Source: Tubiluchus corallicola (lineage: Eukaryota; Animalia; Priapulida). From it: a stretch of DNA of 64,000 nt. The notes under the pieces were generated by a model that did no database searches, had not been told where the DNA came from, and saw only the letters and a list, made by a program, of their open reading frames with translations. A program made the translations under genes and the position numbers. Positions 54,713 through 64,000 of this stretch are shown one piece after another; position 1 is the stretch's first letter, and every line of letters begins with the position of its first letter. The stretch is from positions 1,005,696-1,069,695 of the forward strand of contig JAQGDQ010000026.1 in NCBI GenBank assembly GCA_030141605.1. The letters run 5' to 3'.

Positions 54713-55683
54713 GGTTTTTGCTTGGGAAAGAAAAATGAACTAGGTAAGGTTCTAGCTAGCTGTTAAAACTATCACTATTATAAACAGCACGGGCTGCGAG
54801 TCGTTGTCAAGTGTACACAAACGCGTTGTCTGGTTCACTTAACCTTTGACCTTTTCACGTTCATCATCAATCGCTGGAACAGTGAAAAGGCTTATTTATC
54901 TGAAAATCTAATGATTTCCCCCGCGTATGCAACGACATCTAGTGTTGAAAGATCGAAGCAATGAATAATGGGCGAGTTCCAGTCAAAGATATTGCGTCAC
55001 AGATTAGACATCCTGTGAAATTCAGGGAAATGCATCAGCACTTTGATGAACGCTCACGTCACTCTAATCAGCGTCATTCACTCTCTTATTATTGCTGTTG
55101 TTGTTGTTGTTGTTGTTGTTGATGATGATGATGATGTTTCAATGTTGTTGGTGTTGCCACTGCTGCTGCAGCTGTTGGTGACTTATCATTGTATCATGCT
55201 ATTATTGTTGCTATTGTACTACTTCTTGTTCGTCGTTGTCACTGTCGTCGCTGCCGCTTCGTTGTTATTGTTAACTTTGTCGTCATCATTGTCATCGCTG
55301 CTGTCGCTGCTGTTGTTGAACAAAGACAAACAAATTCTGGCTGTCTATACAGACCTAGGGACGGTTTTAACGAACAACTTTATTCGTAAGGTCGTTCGTA
55401 ACAAGTTTCTCGGCTGGCTTATGATGGAATTCACAAAAGTTTCGTGACCTAAAGTTAAGAAAAAAAATTCTTCGTAAGTTTCTTAAAAAAATTCTTACAA
55501 ATGTGTTAATGAATCCGGCCCCAGAATTTTACCTGTTCTAAGCCGTATACTTGATATCAATCACTGATGACAGCTAGTAATTTCAAGGTTGATTGTGTAG
55601 CTAATAAGATACATGATTAGTCAGTTAGGCAAACAGAGTCTGAGCGAAGCGGGAAAAGTGAACCCAGTAATTCATTCTTCTTG
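54713..55683. repeat. Right arm of the large inverted duplication
   Basis: Reverse complement of 53314-54261 with scattered substitutions and small indels. Confidence 0.95.
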
Positions 55684-55806
55684 GGGGCATGCTTTTCAAT
55701 TTCGCATTCACCATGCGCCTAAAAAGCAAATTTTGTGCCAGGAGATTATTGCCAGGGTGTGCTCAATGTAAATAATTGTGGCACGACGTCAGTATCAAAT
55801 AAATAT

Positions 55807-56182
55807 TCGGGGTGAGCATCGAACCCTTGAATTCTATTCGAACGAGTTTTTTTAGTTCGAACTCGATTCGAATCCAAAACTATAGATTCGAATAATTCAG
55901 CACTTCAATCACATATGTTCTTTATCACTAAAACGATTGAAACAGCATGCAATTAGTATAATTTAGTTGTGATTTCTGCACACAATTTTAAACAAATTAC
56001 TAGTCGTTTTATTGCAGAACAAAATCTAGTGATATGCATGATCTTTGTAAGACAAATTTTTGCTGGTGGTTCGAAAAATTGTTCGAAAATCTTTCGATCC
56101 CAATTCGAATTCGGTTCGAATTGGGAACACTGAAGTTCGGTTCGATTCGAATTCGCTTTCTGGTAGAGAATGCTCACCTCTA
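55807..56182. mobile_element. TTCGAA-rich hAT-type MITE, copy 3
   Basis: TCGGGGTGAGCAT ... ATGCTCACCTCTA with perfect 8-bp TSD ATAAATAT. Confidence 0.88.
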
Positions 56183-56468
56183 ATAAATATCAGAATAATA
56201 AACTAAGATGGAGAACTGAACGACCAAAGGTGTCTCAGCTACAATCAGTTATGCAATATATACGTCTATCTTCACTGGGAGAAACATCCACGAGCAGTGG
56301 CAGTGATAGTGAAACAACTCAGACCCTGGCAGTCCTCCATCCATTTGGTGACTAAGCTTGGCGTTCCTTACTTAGATTACTAAGATCCACTCGCCAAATC
56401 ACCTGCCTGCAAAATCTTTAACATTTGTGAGTCAGATTTCATAAGTCAGGTTTCTATGAGTGTATTAT

Positions 56469-56768
56469 GAGTGTATCTATGAGCACTACGTGGGTGGTTA
56501 AAGTTTTGTAGTCATGAACGTATCTATGACCCTGGAGTGTATCTATGAGCACTACGTGGGTGGTTAAAGTTTTGTAGTCATGAACGTATCTATGAGCCTT
56601 GAGTGTGTCTATGAGTACTACGTGGGTGGTTAAAGTTTTGTAGTCATGAACGTATCTATGAGCCTTGAGTGTATCTATGAGCACTACGTGGGTGGTTAAA
56701 GTTTTGTAGTCATGAACGTATCTGTGAGCCTTGAGTGTATCTATGAGCACTACATGGGCAGTTAAAGT
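56469..56768. repeat. 66-bp minisatellite, ~4.5 copies
   Basis: Units start at 56469, 56535, 56601, 56667 and 56733 (gagtgtatctatgagcactacgtgggtggttaaagttttgtagtcatgaacgtatctatgagcctt). Confidence 0.95.
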
Positions 56769-57607
56769 GAAATTTTCAAATCTGGCATACAGTAATCAAC
56801 ACGTTCGGTCCCAGAACGATCATTCTGAACTGTGAATGACATTGGAAGTGCTGATAAAGTCATAACATTAGCGCATAATGGCTCCTTTGCGTACCATTTG
56901 CTTTTAACTAATTAAACGTTCTAATCTCGCCATCATTAGCTTGATCTATGGCATTAGATTTGCTTAAAATGCTAAAAAGGTTCTTGATCACTATATAATG
57001 CATGTCCAACGACAACGTAAAAACCTTTTTTTTACACTTTTTTACGTTTTTCACACTGCAGCCATTATCTAGCACGAAACAACAGGACTTACTGATAGTA
57101 TTGATGATTGCAGCGGGACCAGCACATAGGTCATTAAACCTAATTCAATAGATACTGGGAAATCTTATCTTTACCAGAAACGTTAAGCATTAAATACGCC
57201 TCGTATAAAAGCATATTGAGCTTTGTTAGTCTGCTAATACATTAATGTAGTCAGAATTGAATCTGTAACATGGCAAAGAAACATATAAATTAAGTGAAAT
57301 GAAAAAAAATACGTGTACAAATGACTAATAGCTAAATATAATAGTCAGTTATAGATGTTATTGTACTAGTGAAACCACAGATACATACGTCATCTATAAA
57401 CAAATAGCTTATAGACAAAGACAAAGACAAACGGCTCCTCCCTCAAGGAGTAGGGCAGATGAAACCCTGAAACTGTTTTTTAGGTCGTCGCTCATTAATT
57501 TACTTAGCAAACCGAGCATTGCTCAACTTCAATCGCTTAGCACACGCAAGGTCTATTATTCGGTCCATCTTTAAAACTGCTCGGTCTCTAACGTTTATTT
57601 CACCTTC

Positions 57608-57891
57608 TGGTCTCGAACCTTAGGGTCATGTGGTGGCCTCCAACGTCAGTTTCTCCTGCTGGTCTCCAACCTTAGGGTCATGTGCTAGTCTTCAACCTTA
57701 GGGTCATGTGCTGGTCTTCACTGTTAATTTCATCTGCTGGCCTCCAAACTTAGGGTCATGTGCTGGTCTCCAACCTTAGGGTCATCTGCTGGCCTCCAAA
57801 CTTAGGGTCATGTGCTGGTATTCACTGTTAATTTCATCTGCTGGCATTCAATCTTAGGGTCATGTGCTGGCCTCTAGCCTTAGGGTCATGT
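57608..57891. repeat. 26-bp minisatellite with higher-order structure
   Basis: A units ccttagggtcatgtgctggtctccaa interspersed with B units ctgttaatttcatctgctggcctccaa. Confidence 0.92.
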
Positions 57892-58191
57892 TGTTGTTGG
57901 TTTGTGTGGTGGTTGGGTTATGAACGAAAATCAGTTCACAGTCCCTAATGTTCAATATTTCGAAAGTACACAAGCTAGCCTAGTGACATAAAGACTATGT
58001 CGGTGATACTTACATAGCAGCCTACAGTATCAGAACGGTTGCGTCAGTTAAACCTGAACCAAAAGTCGTAAACAGAGAAGTTCGTAATGGCTATTGAAGC
58101 CAAGCTGAGAGACAAACAAATGATGAAGGATTGTTGCCGTCAATTGTTACTTAGAGCTACATTTATTAGGGCTATTTTTTAATATGTAGCC

Positions 58192-58672
58192 GAGGGGTTT
58201 GCAAATTATCTGACTAGCCGGGCCACATTAAACTTTCCCGCAATTCCTGCCGGCCACAGGCAGTTTGATCAAGGAGCCAAGTACAGAAAGGCCTAATAAC
58301 GATTTCTTGCATTCGACCTGCGTACATCATTACTACTACACCCAAGAAACTATTTTAGAAGTTATTAAAATTTATATTACAAACCATATATTTCTACTTT
58401 CAGGACAGATAGTGGTAATTTCATTACAATGCATATTAGTAATGTGTATCACACAGTCTGTGTAGTACAGTGTTATTAAGCTACAACCATCTTGTAAAGG
58501 TTAATGGCATCCGATCTAGTAGAAAAAACTACCCACACTATCTTTGGGATCGTGGCACAGACTTCAGCTGGATACACTCAATTAATCGCCAGGGCCGCAC
58601 TTTCATTAGGTTGACAAATCTCTTCGCGGGCCGCACAAATTATCTCGGCGGGCCGCAATTTGCACACCCCTG
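58192..58672. mobile_element. hAT (Charlie-like) MITE
   Basis: GAGGGGTTTGCAAA ... TTTGCACACCCCTG, perfect 8-bp TSD ATGTAGCC, subterminal GGGCCGCA repeats. Confidence 0.9.
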
Positions 58673-59792
58673 ATGTAGCCTATATAATAGTAAACTATTA
58701 GGTTCATAATGAATGATACAGACTGAATATAAATATTAAATGTAAAAGAATAGTTAGATTTTTACAAAACTGGCATTTCTTGGATTTGTTAAACCTTATA
58801 GGTCCCTAGCAGCTAAATTGTAACGGGCGCATTTTGCAGTGCAGTAAGTGTCAGTGAGGCTATAAAACAGAAGACATTAACAGCCACTCTATAGATCCTC
58901 GAGAGAAAACAGCATTTCTTTAGTTAAGCTTTTATAGTCGTATCATGTACATTAACAAAACTCCTGTGAATCACCGTAACATTTGTCAGCCTCTTGCAAA
59001 ACTGGCGATTTCGTTCTGTTTCATGTTTTCCGTCGTCCCCATCAGTAACTGAGCCATTGTATTGATGTCCAAATTGCAATTTTTCACTTTGTTATCGCAA
59101 CCGCTCATAAATAAACACGATAAATCGACGCAAGTTCATTTAAAATTCACACCTTTACTTCAAATGAATAGGCTTCTTACGTCCTTCTTAATAATAAGTC
59201 TTCGAGGAATCGATTTTTATTCGGGTGGATCCACGAATGGGGTGTTTTAACGCATTGCAACGATTATTAGCAACGATTGCTAGCATTATAGGATTTTTTC
59301 CAAACAACAACTGCAGTTTTCCTTAATTAATGTGGACATATCGCCATTTTGTAAACAGTGGACAGGCAACTGCTTTCAGAAAAGAAGCGTTGCATCTTGC
59401 ATGTCTGTAAAACGCTCATCTTGTTGTTATGATCAAAATCGGAAGCTTACGATGTTTGCTTTAATCGTTTGCGTTAGCTTACTTCATATTTAATTAAGAT
59501 CAACATCCTCTGCCGGATGAAAGGGTGGATAAGCCAGAAGAAAATTCATTTCATTAATCAATTGCGTGAAGTGTTTTGATTTGAAATTGTCACGCATTCT
59601 GAAAAACACGTGAGAGAGATGTGAGGTGTTTTGATTTGCTAATTAATTGGCAAAACATTTGAGAAATCAGTGCGAAGCGAAGTGGGAGGCTGAGAGAAGA
59701 AACGGGAGAATTGTGAGAGGAAGAAAGAGAGAAAGGGAAATTTGATTGATTTGATTTTCCACTTTTTTCAAACGTAATATTCATAGCAAATG

Positions 59793-60390
<598 letters not shown>

Positions 60391-61059
60391 GAAGGGTGAG
60401 ACTGAGCGAGATAATTCTGATGAACGAGATCATGAAAGATACAAAAAGCTGCCCTATATTATCTGCTAACCGTCTGAATGCAATAATTGATCTGGCATAA
60501 GTGAGAAATTAGCTCAGCAAAGTTTACTTTACCTCCCCACATGTGTGAGACAGTGCAACGGATGAGGATGTTATATTATTCACAACCGAAGCTGATCAAT
60601 TAAACTAGGGTGTTGATTAAACACCTAGTCGCAGATAGACAAACCTTTTAACGGCAACTTTAGATTTCCATGTGGACGTAGTGAAGTCGTAGCGCCGTTT
60701 CCAGAGAACAGAGTCCATCTTGCAGGTCACGTGAGACTGTATGAGACTGTGTCCGTTATTTCAAAAACGAGTGACCAAAGTGAATCTTTGAATTACGAAC
60801 ATTAAAAAGTGGTTTGAATTATTGTTTTGTCTGTGTCACTATCGATGTTTCTCGTACTAAAAGTAGTGAAATAAGGATCGGTGTTGTAGATAAATATCGA
60901 AAAACAAGCGTGTTGTGTCTACCCAATGCGCAAACTATCGGAGATAATTAGGGATAACCGAAAACGTACGTACCTGAGTAGCTCTTTTATCACAAAATAA
61001 TGATGTAGTCAAGTTTGAATAGAAATAAAATATGAAATAAAAATTTTAAATACTTGGTT

Positions 61060-61411
61060 GCTTATTTACTTACTTACTTTTTAGTTACTTTCGTACTTAC
61101 TTACTTACTTACTGCTTGCTTGCTTGCTTGCTTGCTTGCTCGCTCGCTCGCTCGCTCGCTCACTCACTCACTCACTCACTCACTCACTCACTCACTCACT
61201 CACTCACTCACTCACTCACTCACTCACTCACTCACTCACTCACTCACTCACTCACTTACTTACCTGTACTTACTTACTTGCTTGATTGCTTGCTTGCCTG
61301 CCTGCCTGCCTGCCTGCCGCCTGTCTGCCTGCCTGCCTACCTACCTTCCTACCTACCTACCTAGACATAATAACCAACCACCCATCTCACTCACTCACTC
61401 ACTCACTCACA
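61060..61411. repeat. Compound tetranucleotide microsatellite
   Basis: Successive TACT, TGCT, CGCT, CACT, TACT, TGCT, TGCC and TACC arrays. Confidence 0.95.
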
Positions 61412-62200
61412 TTTTAAAACTTGTAAATTTAAAATTGCAAGATAACAGTTGGGCACAGCCATTTCAATAAGCAGTCTTTCAGTAAGAGGTTTCAGAAGCA
61501 AGTTCAGATACCCCTGCTTTCAGAAAAAACGTGAAGTTATCTCTCAGGCTAGCATGGGTACAGTGAAGCCAGATGTGTTGATTCTAGAGCGTCATTATTC
61601 ATTTTTGCATCACCTGTAGAGTTTGTTTGACATGTTTGGCCGTTCTTGTATGAGAGGTTAGATAGCCGTAGAATAGGGAAAAATCCTGTTTTAGTGATAT
61701 AGAGGCCAGTAGTTGTGTGGTCAGTATGCCACTGTTGTAAAATCAGTATGTCTCTGTTGATTGATTTATTTTTGTTTCACGTTCTTTCTTCTTCTTTCTA
61801 TTGCAGTTTCACCTTTTTTACAACGAGTGGAAAATAAAATCTGTAAAACAAATAGCCTGTTTTCTACAACAAAAAATGCAAACTCGAGTCATATCCTCTC
61901 CCATACACAAGGGCTTACTCGCTTTATAGGCTCTTGGAGGTGACACTTGTTGTTGTAAGCTCTTTTGTATATAAGTGTGTATATAGCTGTGTAAATAAAC
62001 CCAATTGTACTACCTATACGTTTGTACGACGCTTTGTTACAGTAGCGCACACTTCACTAACCGAGCAAAAGTGTGAATTTCTTTATCTTGCCAATAAAGT
62101 TAATAATGTTTCTTGGTGGGCCAGAGACATTTTCCGGTACACACCGCGACAGTGAAACAGTGACGTTTTACCAGGTGGCACGAACATTTTGTAGGTTTTA

Positions 62201-62680
62201 CATGTCAAATGCAGACCTGCTTAACTCAAATGTAGATTTAGGTAATTCAAATGTGTCTTGGTAACTCAAATGTAGACTTAGGTAGTTCAAATGTGTTAAC
62301 AATGGTTTTCAACAAATCTTGAGCGCTTTTGGTAAGTCAAATGTAGACACATGTCAAGTCAAATGTGACATTGGTATCTCAAATGTGGATAGGTGGTAAA
62401 GTTTAAGGATGTTAAATTTAATCTTCTTTAATTTCAATTTAATAATTGCCCTTAAGTTAAAATAACAACGTTATAGGCCTACTAATAGATGCACTATCTT
62501 TGGTTTATCTTTTTCTAATTTGCACTTAAATGAGTTAATTACCGATTTATTCAAAGTAATGCATCTACATTTGACTTATCTAAGTCACATTTGAGTTACC
62601 AAAACACATTCGAAATTCCTATGTCTACATTTGACTTACCTAAGTCACATTTGAACTTTCCTGTGTCTACATTTGACGTG
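62201..62680. mobile_element. MITE with TA flanks and multiple subterminal repeats
   Basis: ta|CATGTCAAATGCAGAC ... GTCTACATTTGACGTG|ta. TCAAATGT motifs repeat on the left half and ACATTTGA on the right half. Confidence 0.8.
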
Positions 62681-63123
62681 TAAATTATTAATTATTATCT
62701 TTAAATTTAAGTTCATTTCACACCATATAAAAAGTAAACAATGTACATTGTTTTTTTCTTATCACATAAATCTTTCAAACAGTTAAGCCTAATGCTAACT
62801 AATATAACTTTGTGCAGAAGTTTTTTTGAGACATAGTTTAAAATTCCCCATAAAGTAGGCGTCTTTGTGGAAAGAGCAATGTGGGTTTTTTCGTTTCCTG
62901 CGGGTGTATCGTAAGTCAATATTCACCTTACATTTATATACTTTTTTAACAAACAAAGTAAAATTTCTTGAAGAAAATTGCAACCGTTGACCTAAAACAT
63001 TTGGATTTTTTTCATATTTGATGAAAATCTGAAAGGAACTATTGTACCAGTAAGCTGTGCTATTTTCCATACCTTCTTCAGGGACTTCAAGAGTTTTAGC
63101 GGTCAGTCCAAGGGCAGGCCGGG

Positions 63124-63593
63124 TGTCGTGTAGTTTGGGCTTCCCGATTCACCCGCCGTAAAGAAGCCATTGTGAATTAATTTACGTATAGCTGTAGGAA
63201 CTGGTTCGAGGAGTTAACCTAGTTAAAATAGGAAGTTAGTTGTACAGTTGATATGGAAAAGTCACCACGACAATTGGTGATGAAACCCGGGATTGAACCA
63301 GGGACCTTTAGATCCGTTTATTAGAAAGCATTTCAAGTGCAAAATAAAGACTATTTGTCGTGGTGACTTTTGCGACGACAGTAAAACAAAAACGAGAACT
63401 TTTCCTTCTGCCATAACGCTAATTTTCTTTTTCGAAAGCGCAATATACAGGTTTTCTGTTCCATCTCAACTCAACAACTAACTTCCTATTTTAACTAGGT
63501 TAACTCCTCAAACCAGTTCCTACAGCTATACGTAAATTAATTCACAATGGCTTCTTTACAGCGGGTGAATCGTGAAGCCCAAACTTCACGACA
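63124..63593. mobile_element. Cassette of two inverted LTR-like units (63124-63272 and 63356-63593) with a 5-bp TSD
   Basis: Each unit is bounded by TGTCGTG...CACGACA. The units are reverse-complement copies, the left lacking ~89 bp internally. CCGGG directly flanks both outer ends (63119-63123, 63594-63598). Confidence 0.85.
63275..63314 (-). pseudogene. 3' half of tRNA-Phe including CCA (extended primer-binding-site-like copy); not a functional tRNA
   Basis: Minus strand GATCTAAAGGTCCCTGGTTCAATCCCGGGTTTCATCACCA matches metazoan tRNA-Phe(GAA) positions 37-76 as recalled, apart from two acceptor-stem changes. The 5' half is absent. Confidence 0.85.
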
Positions 63594-64000
63594 CCGGGTA
63601 TCTTGCATTGAGAAAATGTCTCACAGTTCATGAGTGATGAGGCAGGGCTGCATTTTGTTGAAAAATCACGGTGCTCAAGATTTCCATAGAACTTCAGTTG
63701 GTGATCGAAAGACCTCATGCCAGGCTGATTCTGCACCTCATGCTACAGTCGTCACCATTACAATGGGGATTCCAAATAAAAAAAATAAAAAGAATTGCTA
63801 AAGGCTCCTCTTGATCCTTGCAGTTTTCTTGTTGAATTTGGAGGAAAATTTAAAAGGAAATTAGAAAACACAGCGCGCAGCGACTTTTGAGACACCCTGT
63901 ATAAGTTCCACATATATTTTCTGTACATGATTCCTGTGCCATTACGAAGCAAAATATGGAAAAAATGCTGGAAGACAACATGGAATCACCAGAACAAAAT

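Larger units (their letters stand above)
63090..63899 (-). mobile_element. Decayed Tc1/mariner-type transposon remnant, interrupted by the 63124-63593 cassette
   Basis: ta|CAGGGTGTCTCAAAA terminus at 63899. Minus frame reads TVIFQQNAALPHHS*TVRHFLNARYPG (degenerate FQQDGAP.H) up to the insertion, then GLPLD*PLK (WP-like) beyond it. Confidence 0.7.

Noticed and set aside
53520-55447. Two similar hydrophobic ORFs that look like a membrane-protein gene pair
   Set aside because: They are the mirrored CAA/CAG/GAC triplet-rich tract in the inverted duplication, start at TTG, and show no recognisable domain.
56454-57891. 66-bp and 26-bp arrays as CRISPR or repeat-protein genes
   Set aside because: They are head-to-tail tandem units without unique spacers, in a eukaryotic context with no cas genes.
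63275-63314. Functional tRNA-Phe gene
   Set aside because: The D arm, A box and anticodon are absent; only the 3' 40 nt are present.

Overview
AT-rich, intron-rich invertebrate (animal) genomic DNA, probably a lophotrochozoan (inference). The window holds the last four coding exons of LRRC40 (+, 306-2890) and a candidate multi-exon minus-strand transcript with only short ORFs (~4.5-16 kb). It also holds two convergent GT7-family beta-1,4-galactosyl/N-acetylgalactosaminyltransferase paralogues. Gene A is on + (21449-28718, 6 coding exons, 352 aa) and gene B is on - (51108-33800, 6 coding exons, 454 aa). Non-autonomous DNA transposons (hAT, Kolobok-type, Harbinger-type, Tc1/mariner), decayed LINE pieces and micro/minisatellites are abundant. 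The most unusual feature is a 470-bp cassette at 63124-63593. It consists of two inverted TG...CA LTR-like units enclosing a 40-nt antisense copy of mature tRNA-Phe (positions 37-76 including CCA). It is flanked by one perfect 5-bp TSD and interrupts a dead mariner-type transposase. The second is a ~950-bp inverted duplication centred on the likely promoter of gene B, which mirrors its putative first splice donor. All calls were made by eye; no searches were run.
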